From Parasitella parasitica NRRL 2501 (taxonomy: Eukaryota > Fungi > Mucoromycota), in the NCBI GenBank assembly GCA_025201805.1, contig MU619318.1, positions 62,001-126,000 of the forward strand: DNA of 64,000 nt, in the 5' to 3' direction. How positions within the stretch are numbered: the first letter of the stretch is position 1; the number at the start of each line of letters is the position of its first letter. This document shows, piece by piece, positions 23,560-36,187 of the stretch. The translations under genes were made by a program, and so were the position numbers. The notes under the pieces are model-generated. The model worked only from the letters and a program-made list of their open reading frames with translations, ran no database searches and was not told the DNA's origin.

Positions 23560-23772
23560 ATGCTCAAGTCTCACGTTGAATCACAAGTAAAGCAACCTAT
23601 TTACCACGACCCTTGGGCCCGACGTGAAGCCTGGCGTAAGCATCCCATCTTCTCAAAGTCTTCCAACTTCAAAACCATGTTTCCTGGGCTGGGTATTGCA
23701 ACAGTTGCCTTTGCTGCTTACTGTACTTATGAACATTTCTTCCTCAACAACAACAAGAAGAGCCACCATTAA
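23560..23772 (+). CDS. NDUFB3: NADH:ubiquinone oxidoreductase B12 subunit
   Basis: DPWARREAWR...FPGLGIATVAFAAY, a single-exon 70 aa protein. Confidence 0.93.
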   Translation: MLKSHVESQVKQPIYHDPWARREAWRKHPIFSKSSNFKTMFPGLGIATVAFAAYCTYEHFFLNNNKKSHH

Positions 23773-24607
23773 ATTATGATTCCTGCTATTCCCTCATTAA
23801 TTTCTGTACGTTTTTTCTTCTTCTTCTTTTCTTTTATTGATGAAAATGCGACTAACCTATTTTCGCCTCTAGTTACTCTTTCTTTTGTATACATAAAACC
23901 TTTTATTCAGTGAAAAATCAAAATCTCAATAAAAAGATTCCAGGATTACTTATATAGAACAAGTTTAAAATAGATTCAAAAAGGATTAGAATGCATTAGA
24001 GATGATTTACAGCGTCGTTAATGGCAATACTTTATGATGAATCTCGAGAGAATAGTTAATCCTTTATCGGTTGACATGTAGAGTTGCTATTTACAAGCTA
24101 AATCTTGGTATGTCGGATATAAACTGAAGGATAGTGAACACTGTATAGTCGCAGCTTTCATTTAGCATTTGACAGATTGCTATGAATGGTCTCGACATAT
24201 AAATAGATGTTTTCACATTATAAATGTCAAAAGTCGAGGCCTAATTGGGCAACTACCAGCTTTTACTGCACAGAAGCAGAATATCATTACCAAAACACCG
24301 TATAATGTGTGAACCACGACTTGCTATATTGGTCGTTGGCGTCCTTTGTTGTATAAATGTACCAATGATGAAGTGACTCTCAACATTTCTCATAATTTCA
24401 TACATGCATACACTCGTTTTACAACCAAAAAAATTCTAGAAGGACATCCCTTAATAGTCTTTCATATTGACACTTGATGATTGAATCAAGGTAATCGCTC
24501 AATAGCTTACAAATATAGGGCACCTTCTTATTTGAGCTGCAAAACAAAATCAAGAAAACAGGCGTAACCAATCTAAAAATTTTAATCCTGTTCCCTTCTT
24601 TTCCTTT

Positions 24608-24648
<41 letters not shown>

Positions 24649-24659
24649 ACGCAAAAGAA

Positions 24660-26176
24660 ATGGCAAAGACTATTACTAGACAAGGTAAATAAGCATTATC
24701 TTTGTGTAATGCTGCATGTACTTGATTTTTTTTTATTTTGTAGCAAAAGCATCCAAGGATGTCAAAGTCAGTTTAAAGGTACAGACATCTTTTGAAATCA
24801 GTAAGGCATTACGCAAAAAAAACCGCAGTGGACAATCTATTTCAGCCTCCACTGTAAACCCCTTCTGCTTTCCGCTGCTGATCTTTCATTTACTCCTTAT
24901 TTGACCCCAATTTGGTCCTAACTGCTATTTTTTTTTTTTTTTTATTTAGAGAAAAGATAAAGACGATAGTCTTGACATGGAATATACATCAAAGAAGCAA
25001 AAAAATGCGCTTGTCCGCTCTCGTATCAATGCAGACAAAGAGTTTTGGGACAAAATGCCTATATTAAAGCAAGATTGTCGCACTGCTGGTAGGTTTTGTA
25101 TGGGAGAGGAGGACCTTTTTTTTTTTTTTTATTCAACCAACTGTGTTTTGGCTAGGTGTGATCCCTCGGCTAGAACCCAATTTCAGAAAAGCGGATACTC
25201 TTTCCGCTTATCTGTGCAGTCCATTGACTGATCATCTATCAACTGGGTTTATGGATTTAGGATGGGGCTGTGGCTATCGTAACTGTCAGATGCTCATGAC
25301 ATTTCTCGAACGACAAAAGCAAGAGGGTGAGCCATTGTTAAAAAGCGTACTTGATATACCCGGCATACAGCTTTTGATAGAAAAGGCATGGCAAGAAGGT
25401 AAGCGGTTGTAGGCCGTTGCATCTCCCACGTTACTCAACCTGTTGCAGGCTTTGATACATTGGGTGCTGCCCAGTTGGATCACCATGTTTTCAAGACCCG
25501 CAAATGGATTGGGACCACTGAAGTTTACACCTTACTAGCTTATCTTGGTATTCGCTCCACAATTATAGATTTTCATCAACCAGGGCCTCAGCAATTACAT
25601 CATGAATTGATGGACTGGATTCAATCATATTTCATGGATTCTGCTGCACACAGAAAAAGCACCAAGACTGTATGTATCACAAACAGACCACCTCTTTATT
25701 TGCAACACCAAGGGCATAGCCGGACAGTTGTTGGCATAGAACTCTTAAAGTCTGGGAAGAGAAACTTGATCATGTTTGATCCTGGAAGAAGAATCCTTCG
25801 TAGCTATAGATCATCTCAAAATGTCCTAGAGTCTGAAGAACCTGACGAGCACATTAATGACGAAGAAAACGAGAATAAAATCAACGACGACGACGAAGAA
25901 CTCGATATTCTGAACCATGACGATAAAAACGACATTTCAATAAGTAAAAGGTTTTTATCCCGCTTAAAACATGCCGCTCCTTTGCCCTCGAGCTTGTTAC
26001 GCCCCTTCAGGGTGGACGACAAATCTATTGGAAAACATAAACAATATCAGGTACTGGTGCTTGGCCAAGTAGATTATCGAAATGGTAAAATGGCTTGGGA
26101 TGCGAATAAAGGCTATCTATTAAGTGAAGACGAAAGAGAGAAAATGAAAAACGTTACAAGTTTGGCTGTCATGTAG
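24660..26176 (+). CDS. ZUP1: ZUP1/ZUFSP/Mug105-family C78 deubiquitinase (5' exons approximate)
   Basis: DLGWGCGYRNCQML (catalytic Cys), KAWQEGFD, WIGTTEV, LYLQHQGHSRTVVGIE, FDPG. No N-terminal zinc fingers are seen. Confidence 0.88.
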
Positions 26177-26869
26177 GGCTCTTATTTATCATTGCATAGA
26201 AAAAAAAAGTTATCTATATATCCTCCCCCACTTGCGCTCATACATCCTGTTTTATAATAATCATTTTATTCCATCTTTACCCCTTTCTAAACAAAATACA
26301 TAAAACATACATTTCCCAAATAAATAGCATCCTTGTATATACACATAAAAACAAAGTTGACGAAATAACACGACACAGCGTCTACTTTATAAAGTCTCTA
26401 TAATTAAAGCACGATGGAGGAGCACTGTATAAAATTCAAATTTTTAATGCATGATCATGGCTATCTGGTAGACACTTGACTTCCGCTGTGCGACATGCGT
26501 ATCAAAAAGTTATAGGCAAAAAAAAAAATCAAATTTTCGTAAATAACAAACATTTGGCCTTAACTTTTGCCGAATGCAGCGTAGAATCGACGTATATGAT
26601 AAAATTTTTCGCTAAAAATGTAGCAAAGACAAGTGAACCATATCTTAGTAGTACAACTCAGATTAAGGATTTTTGTTCTTGCGTTTATAGTCGACATGTT
26701 AATAATAAATATATGAATAATAACTCGAATATGTTGGGGAAAAAAATTATTTATTCATATAATACAAGGGAAAAGAAATCAGAAGTTAAATATAATAAAA
26801 TATCTGTATGCTAATATTTTCTGTAGGTCTATCATGATGGGAATTGTCTATATAAAAACTACTGTTTTG

Positions 26870-28680
26870 TTACCAAGAATCAAGCTTCATAGTTCCATTT
26901 TCCATCAAGTTGGTATGCATTTTAAAGACTTTATCGAGCATTTGGGGTTCATGGCCTCTACCGGCAGCAAGGCACTTCTTGGTGGCAACGTCAAAGTAGT
27001 CTTGGAGTTGAGGCTTGTATTCAGGGTGAGTACACTTGTCAATGATGACCTGAGCGCGCTCACGAGGAGACAAACCACGGAGATCAGCCAAACCTTGTTC
27101 AGTGACAAAAATGTCAAGATCATGCTCAGTTTGGTCGACATGAGAACACATGGGGACAACGCAAGAGACACCATTAGGATCCTTCTTGGAAGGGCGAGTA
27201 GAAGGAGAGTGCATAACACTCAGCTTGGAGTTACGCAAGAAATCACCAGAGCCACCCAGGCCGTTCAGCATACCAGAACCACAAACCAAGGTAGAGTTAG
27301 CATGACCATACATGTCAAATTCAACAGGCGTGTTCATGGCGATACATCCAAGACGGCGGATAATTTCAGGCGAGTTGGAGACTTGTTGGGATCTCAAGAG
27401 GAATCTGTCTTTATACTTCTCCCAGTTGTCGTAAAAGTGATCAAAGCCTTCAGGGGAGAAACGAATAGAGGTAGCGCTGGCAAACTTGAGCTTTTCAGAA
27501 TCAAAGAATTCTAAAAAGGTATCTTGCAATACTTCAGTAAATCTAAATGTAGCTCAGATGAGTTTTTTTCCCGCGGTTACCGATGATTTCCCGTCGACTT
27601 ACACTGTGACATTTTGGAATCTGGATTTTGCCAAACCGCCGATGACAGCATTAGCGATGTTACCAATACCGGACTGCAGAGGTAGCAGATTCTCAGGAAG
27701 GCGGCCATGCTTGACTTCTTGCTCAAAGAACTCAATGAGATGACCAGCGATAGCTTCGGATTTTGCATCGGCAGGCGAGTTACCACCAGTCTTGTCTGGG
27801 CGGTTACTTTCAACAACGGCAATGACCTTGTCAGTATCAATAGGGATGGCAGTCTAGTATGTAATGCATATACGTTAATAATTTGACATTTCGTTAACCT
27901 CTTACATCACTTACTGTTCCGATCCTATCTTCAGTATTCATAATCAAATAGGGCTTGCGATTAGGAGGTTGAGTACACATGTTGATGTCGTGGAGCCCTT
28001 CGAAAGAGGGGATACGAGTATTGACTTCGATAATAATCTTGTCAGCCATCTGGATCAGCTCGGGTGTAGCACCAACGGAAGCACCGGGAACAATCCAGCC
28101 ATCTTCAGTAATGGCAGTAGCTTCAACAACAACAATATCAAGTTTGTTATTATCAGGCTTATCCTTGGTATAAAAGCCTGTAGGAACATATGAGTGATTT
28201 GTATTGATCCAAAGGTCTGTCAGATAACTTACCATACACGAGATCTTGAGGAAACATGGACAAATGCTTATCAGCAAAACGAATACGGCCTTCATTGATA
28301 CCCTTTTTGATGTTCTTGCCAACTTGATGAGGATAACGACGATCGATCATATCGAGCTCTGCCCATCGATCTTCGCATTCAGCACCAGAAGAGGCACCGA
28401 CAAAGAGATTGAATTTCATTTTACCTTGGAGGTTATTTTTTTCAACATGGTCAGCCAATGCAACGGGGATCATTTTGGGATAGCCAACACCAGTAAAACC
28501 AGACCAGCCAAGGTATCTAATTGCTCACCCGTTAAGTGCGTTGGACACAGATATTTAGTAAAGCCTATACACTTACTGTCCACCTTTGAAGAACTTGAGA
28601 GTCTCTTCAGGCATCATGACCTTTTCCAAGAGAGCAGGGCGACGAACTCTAGACTTTAATGCAGCACTCACAGTAGCCAT
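26870..28680 (-). CDS. ACH1: Acetyl-CoA hydrolase / acetate:succinate CoA-transferase
   Basis: [75 protein letters not shown]. Confidence 0.96.
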
Positions 28681-30453
28681 ATTGTGTAATTAAATTTAAG
28701 CGAAACAGCAAAAAAAAAAGAGAAGAAATGAGGAAAATTTAATGTCCTGAGACCCTTTATATACATCAATGTCGGGACAATAAGCTTGGTGCAAAGCGGG
28801 TAAAGTAATAATCACTGTGTTTACTACATGATCATAGGGCAAGGGTGGCAATAAGGTTTTACTCCAGTTGTTCCAAAAAATCTGGGGCTCTGCCTGCTTT
28901 ATTTTTTTATCCATTCATGCTTTTTATCCAGCTTTGGGTAAATTTACGTAATATCGTGTCAGATTCACATATATCAACATGCTCCCTACCATCTAAGCAC
29001 CTATGTCAGTTTTTATTAAAGAGAGCTTGTGCTTATCGTTTCACTTGTATATAGAACATTTCTTCTTTTTGCCAATCATTTCATGCAAATTACAGCTTTC
29101 TCGTATTTCTAAAACCGTTGGTTGGTGGTGAGATTGTTTAAATACCAGCAGGATGTGGGGTAAATTGTTATCGCTGCTGTAAAAACATAACGAATGGCTG
29201 AGACATATATTTAAGTCCTACAGATGGTTGGTTCTAATCGATTATATCATTGCAGTTTACCCGCGTAAAACATGGAAGAAACGATAGAAAGAAAAAAAAC
29301 CATGAACAAACACAAATCATTCTACGTAGTAAAAACAAGTATACGGTATCAAAATGTTGTCGAATTCAGGGTCATCCGAAATCATGTGCATATCAACCAA
29401 CGGCTAAATGATGAGGAATCGGACAATATATGACATGTCATTTTGCAATTGATAGATTGGTTGCACCATTATAAAAACCTTGCAAAAAGGTAAAGCCGGT
29501 GTAACATTACACATTACAGATCTACTTTGGCTCCAAGAATAAAAAATGTGGGGAAATGACAAAGTTTTTACAAAGTAAATATAAATATATATATATATGG
29601 GTATTGACTCTTGATTTTACCATTATCTCGGGGCCTTTTAGTTAAGATTTTTATGTGCCTGAAATGTCATGATACTATCATCTTTTTGACATCTTGATAG
29701 ATTCGCGGTAAAGTCGCACACGATGGTATCTTAATAGACCACGGATGTAAGTTTCCAAATCAATAAATGCGGTTATATATGCATACATAATATGCAAATA
29801 TCTGTATTAGTATCTTTTAAAGATACATATTCGTTTTTTAATATAGGGGTTCGATCCTGTATCCTACAACCACTCCATCTTGATTATTGTATAGCGAATA
29901 TTGGAATAACGATACGAAATTAATAGCGATCGAATGGATTGAGCAATGTAAGGACATTACAAATACTTGAATACTACAAGCCCTGTATTGATCGACTACA
30001 GCACAGGCACCATTAAATTTGAAAGTTTGATTGGTAGTATGTAATGATATTACCCAGATGATGGCTTATTCTTTACAATATTGTATTCTTTCCGAGCATC
30101 AAAAAGTATTAATAACAAACAAGACTGCAGAATTTATTCAGAGGGACATATTCACGACATAAAAACGAGAGTATTTTGGGGTCATAAGTGTGGCTGTTCA
30201 TATCGTTTATCATGTCAATCGTTACGGTGTAAGCATATGTAGAAAGGACGGTCATAGAAACTCATAAGTGGCTTTAGTGGATTGTACGGTATTTGGTATA
30301 ACATTAGATATCGTCGACTGATTTTATTCATAAGTAGCATAGTATTCTTCGGAATGAACCAAGGATGTATGTTTTTAGATCAGTAGATATGGCTCTATTT
30401 GTATGATGTATGATATATGCAGCTTTTTGTATTAATTTTTTTTTACATGTATG

Positions 30454-32486
30454 TTAGATTTTCATTGCTGGGATTCTATCTGGCACTCCATCTGGCATCC
30501 AGTCGTCACTATCATTCTCTGATAGCAAGACTACTCTACGTGTTTCTTGTATCACCTGTCCGTCTTCTTCCCGGATAACAACAGTATCAATGTTACGCAC
30601 TGGACCTGTAAACCATTTACGGCCCGAAATAGCGTATACCAAAGATGCAATGCCAATCACAAATACAAATGGAATAATAGCAAAGTTCATGTTGGAGGGA
30701 TTAACGGGCCATTGCTATTCATAAATCGAGTAAGTGCATGTACAAGGTACAGTAAAAAAAGTGGTAACTTACAGTAGGTAAAATGAACAAGACAGAAGTA
30801 AATGCAATCCAGGTACTCGCAATAATACCACATGGGATGGAAAATACACCCAAATGAAAGGGTCCCTTCTGAAATCGCTTTCTTGCCATTGTAATTCGTA
30901 ACCATATGGGTATAAGATAAGATATGCTTGCTGCAATGGTATTGATGGATACGATGGTTTCGAATGCAACTTCACTGAAAAGATAAGGGATACCTAAGAT
31001 GGCAGCGAAAGCAATGTTGAACCATACAGCGTTGGAGGGCACCTTGGATTTGGACAATTTTGATAACCAATTTGAGCATGGCATTGCGCCATCACGCGCA
31101 AAAGCATACGTTTGGCGAGAAGAACCAACAATGACAGCAGCACCTCTACATAGTATCAGTGATTCTGTTCTCCCCCTTTTTTTTTGATTTTATAGAAATA
31201 GACCAACTTACGCAAAATACATGGCTACGAGGATGATGACTAAAAACCACATTGTCCAGCCAACACCAACACCATCGAGGAATACCTGTGTTATAGCCAT
31301 ATTATTGGTTGAATGAACAATCTGTCTATCAAAGTCTTGAATCATGAATGCGCAGACAATCATGAGAACCGTGCCAGCAACGGCCGATGTTCCAATTGCC
31401 ATAACAATTCCCATAGGAGATCCTTTCTGAGCAGATCTGGTCTCTTCACTGACATGAGCAGCCGAATCATAGCCATTTAATGTAAACTGTGCTTGCAGCA
31501 GTCCAATCAGCCAAGCATAGCCATCGCTTTTGAACCCTGAGCCATTGTACACCTGCCCCAATGCAAAAGAAGCAGATGGTTTACTAGGCGTCAGCAACAA
31601 ACCGACAACAATAATGAATAATATGCCCATCATATGCCACCAGACAGACAAATTGTTAATCATGCCAGTGTATTTTACGGGCAATGTGTTCATCCAGCCA
31701 TGAATGAGCAAAATAGCAATGTACACACCGTAATCAATAGCTGGCGTTGTGACAAAATCTGGATGTGTAACGGAAATGGCAGATGTCAAAAACCCAGCCA
31801 TGCCTAAATCACCAGCACAAATAGCAACTGTTGTGTACAAAGCTTATTTAGTAATTATGCCCAACTGTTAATTGAATTCATGCATACCTGCTAGACTAAG
31901 CCAATTGAAATACCCTGCGTAATTTGGGATTAATATTTAATAAAATACTGCATCTAGTTATTTCATTTACCAACTATCCAGCACATGAAAGGGACCCATT
32001 CTGAATCAGATAATTGTGCTGTCCAAAAATACAGACCTCCTGTAGTTGGAAAAGCGCTACAAACTAGAGTCGAATATTAGCCCATCGTCGTCATTAGAAG
32101 AATTCGAATATGCTTTTACTTTCTGCCAAACTGAATCCAACCGATAATGTGAGTAGAGCTACGACTAGATATCCCCAAATAGAAGCAGAAGTACCGCCGG
32201 TCAATAGCGTTGTTCCCCACATCTGACAAATAAATTAGCATAAAAGTATACGGCAAGTATAGATCAAACAACTTACAGGCAGTAATCCGCTCAAGACTGA
32301 ACAGCATCCGAAAGAAATTGCGAAATTTGAGAACGTCGAAAGTTGACGATTTAAGCTTTGCTTATATCCAAGTTTGGCGAGCAATAGCTCATCCTGCGCC
32401 GCTGCTAGTTCCCTCTTTTTCTCTCTCTCATTTATTCTCTCTCGGCCAAATATTAATGCGCGATCAGGAACCTTGATCCAACCCAT
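30454..32486 (-). CDS. APC-superfamily amino acid/GABA/polyamine permease (UGA4/TPO5-like)
   Basis: LAKLGYKQSLNRQLSTFSNFAISF, LAEICSAFPTTGGLYFW, GYDSAAHVSEET, RQTYAFARDGAMP, GPFHLG, RKWFTGP. Confidence 0.92.
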
Positions 32487-32499
32487 GGCGTGTAGAACG

Positions 32500-32545
<46 letters not shown>
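32500..32545. repeat. Poly(A) tract (46 nt) just 5' of the permease start codon
   Basis: Uninterrupted A run. Confidence 0.9.
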
Positions 32546-32547
<2 letters not shown>

Positions 32548-32902
32548 AAGAAAAAAAATGAGAGAGAGAGAGAGAAAACGAGGAGGTATATTGTATTTAT
32601 ACATTTATGATTGATTTGGGTAGTAGGGGTCACAAGAGCTGTTTTGCAGAAGTCTGTATGATAATATAGAAACATGTACCCCTTAAAATTTAATGCTCAA
32701 AATACAGTGTCTATCTAGGGTACGCAATTTGATGATATTTTTCTAAAGGGATCAGCGTCTCCCTACGCAGTCTTTAAAATTAAGATAAGGCTCCTTTAAA
32801 TTTGATTACACAGATGTGATTTGGGCTCGTTTCAACTCAACATCAACATCAAGAAACAACAAACAATCAATTTCGTCGTATATTTAATGCATAATACTCT
32901 AT

Positions 32903-34408
32903 TTATTCCTGTAATACCATATTCAACACTTGCTCAATGCCCACGTCCGCAGGCCTGATCTCTTTCATTGCCTTTTTGACCTCATCGCTGGTGGCACGAG
33001 TTTTTTCTGCTGTTGACATGAGCTGTTTATGGCGCAAGTGGTATGAAAGTCGAACCAAATCAACTGCTTTCTTGAAGGTACGACGGGCGTTGAAGTTACG
33101 GCAAACATTAGGCAGCAAATCTTGTTGTTCGGTCTGTCGTTTGATTTCAGCATCTGAGCTTAACCACGGATGAGATAACGCTTGATGAGCAGTGATCCGT
33201 TGCGCAGGATTGATGGTTAGACAGCATTGAATAAAGTACTTGGCTATACAATTGTATAAAAGTTAGAATATAAATCATGATCCCCGTAGATCGGCTACCT
33301 TTATCGCTAATCTCTGACCAATACTCTTCATGGAATTCGTATTCAGCCCTTGTAATGGCATTCATCTCTTCTATACTATTTTCGCCTTCAAAGGGTGTAT
33401 AGCCGCATAATAAAAAGTATGTAATCACGCCAACTGCCCACATGTCACTTGAATTTAGCGTCAGTTCTACATTATTTTAGTAAATGTATCATAAGACTTA
33501 CACTGGTTTACCATGACCTGTTCTTTTGAAGATTTCAGGGGCCATATAGCCTGGAGTACCACATGTTGTTCTTAACACGTCAAACTTTTCACTATCGATA
33601 ATTCTGGATAACCCGAAATCCGCTATCAACAAGTCAGAGTCTTCATCGGCTGTACGAAAAAGGAGATTTTCAGGCTAAAAGTTGTGTACAGGTTAAAAAG
33701 AAAAGAGCTATTTTCCCTATATTTCTTTGAATAGCTAACCTTCAAATCTAGACAAAAGCAAGGATATCAGTAAGGTGATGTATTTATTTATTATGGTCAT
33801 GGACAGTTCATTACCTCTGTGAACTACGCCATTATCATGGAGATATGCAACAGCATCACAGACTGTTCTGATGATATTTGCAGCATCCTGCTCTGTATAA
33901 CTTCCCTTTTGACAGATACGATCAAATAACTCGCCACCCAACGCTAAATCAGTTACCAAATACACTATTAAAAAGTCAACATAACACACTGGGATTTTGC
34001 TTGATAATAGCTCACAATTATTCAAAGTTTCAAAATAATCAACTAGAGTCAAGATATTTTTATGTCCTTCAGATATTTTGCAAAGGATACGTATCTCGTT
34101 ACGTATCATGTGTTCACGACCCTCCATGAGTTTTTTACTAATGACTTTAACAGCATAGAACTTTTTCGTATCAACCTTAAGGGTTTGGAAGTTTGAGATT
34201 AAATCGTCTGTTCTGTCTATTGTGCTATCCACAAAATAAGACTTACATGCATAGCCTCTTTGTAGAAATTTTATTATTTAGACAATAATGCATTATAATT
34301 TTATGTTTATATGTTACCCTTGACAGTTGCATAAGTACCATTACCAAGCACTTTTCCAGTTTTGTATTTGCAGGGTATAGTTGCAGATTGTTTTCTTACT
34401 GTTGTCAT
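32903..34408 (-). CDS. CMK1: Ca2+/calmodulin-dependent protein kinase I
   Basis: LGNGTYATVK, YAVK, GGELFDRI, HRDLKPEN (via an 8-nt micro-exon), IADFG, CGTPGYMAPE, C-terminal FNARRTFKKAV CaM-binding segment. Confidence 0.95.
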
Positions 34409-36187
34409 AAAACTGGTGTTAGCTATAGAAAAGTAGCTCAATTAAAATCTACAACTTGTAAATCCTAAACATTCACTGAAATGTAAAACAAAGTTCCTTG
34501 TTTCAAATGATGTAGTATTTATACATGTATCAAAAGACATTGATTGTTACAAAAATAATATGACAATAAGCTTGAGAGAGGTATTTTGTTATTGCTGTAG
34601 AATAACATCAGATAAAGGTTCATTAGCTTTTTTTTTTGTTATTTTCTCATGAAAGCTAACACCAATATTTCAGAGAATTTCGAAGATTTAAAACTTGGTT
34701 TCGACAATGAAACATCTGTGTGAGGCTAATGTTATGGCTTAATTTTGTTTGCACTGTTATTTTGATTTTGAGGGTAGTCATTTTCTCTTCAATTTCTGTA
34801 TTTTTTGCACTTGATATCGTAACTTACCTGCTTCTTTTAATGGGGGGGGTGTTTTTTTTGTCTCTTAAACAATTATTTTAACCATTAACTGACAAGCTGG
34901 ATTACACATTAATGATATTTTCATGTGTAGCTCTATAAGTGTTGTGATTACAGCCATATCATAAGGCACAGCAAGCAATTTCCCCTAAACGTTCGATGGG
35001 TACAATGAGTATTTCTTATTCTGTGCTAAAACCCTTCAATTATTGGGCAATTGTAAACTTGATCTTTGTAGGCTGTTAACTACGTAAAAGATCTACACTT
35101 TATATGGCCCTGTTTGTTTACGTTGGTTATTGATACTTTCATATTTTTCGTACGTTTAAATCTTTAGGCAGGAACATTTGCCCTTTAAATAAGATTATTA
35201 CAATTTGAACCATCCAAAAAAATCTTTTCATTACTTGGTAGTAAAAAGTGTTATAATCGCTTGAGACAGCTATCCTCTTGTCTAGCGTATGCTTTATCAA
35301 GAACGAGTATCTCAGAGCCATATTTCATTCGAGTCAATCTGCAAATAGAGATGCCTGAAATTGAAGAATGCATAAATGCTAAAGAAGTGAGAAACAAGCC
35401 AATTTTCAAATGCAAGTTGGTTGAGGCCAGTCAAACAATTCCCATGCTTTCAATAAAACACAATGGCCCTGGTAGCACTTGCCGATCAATACACAACATA
35501 CCTACAGGGAGAAAAGTGACGGTAATGAATTTCGCGAGAGACATACACAAGTGGATGCACCACAGTGTTTAAAAGTAGGAATAGTTTGCCCTTAATCGAA
35601 ACTTTATAAATCCAAGTGCATGTTTCCCTTTTTATTCTCTTGATGCATCAAGTCATCCATACATCTTCCGAAAAGGTTGCTCTAACAGCGATATAAGGCA
35701 GCAGCCGAATGAGAATATTGTTATACGCAAAAAGAACTATGGTGCGCTTGGGAGTGCCTCAGACGGAAGCCTTATCCTACAACCTGCATAGGTACAATAT
35801 CTTGATCACTTGCTTAATGCTATACACGACTTTGCACACCACAAAAGGGTATAAATTTACAATCACATGGCACATCATTTCGACTAAACTGATGACTAGT
35901 GCTTTTTTCTTGTGTTTCTTTGAGCGCGAGCCATCCTATTCATTACTAAAAAAGAAGATTTACTACTACCAAAATGGCGCCTGGAATAGCATTGGATGAA
36001 ATCTGGTGGTTCAAGCAAACAGTGTATCACATGGGCGGCTGTCCAATTGAGGGTTGGAAAATGCTGCTTACACTCTACTACTCTTTGTTTCCATCCCCGG
36101 GTTTGTCCTTGATTGTTGGATATAGAACAGTTTTTATTTTCTTGCTTTTTTCCCTTTCTTTTTCTCGTTTCTACTCGGAATTTATAT

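Noticed and set aside
26834-27514. 226-aa plus-strand ORF
   Set aside because: It is the antisense shadow of the ACH1 last exon, explained by biased codon usage. The same applies to the antisense ORFs over RPS6, eIF4G and the acidic protein.
29845-29865. GGGGTTCGATCC resembling a tRNA T-arm/B-box
   Set aside because: No A-box, D-arm or acceptor stem can be formed upstream.
34607-34615. Single ATCAGATAA upstream of CaMK1
   Set aside because: An isolated copy is expected by chance in 64 kb.
35261-35572. 103-aa ORF that might be a transposase fragment
   Set aside because: No DDE motif or TIRs are recognisable.
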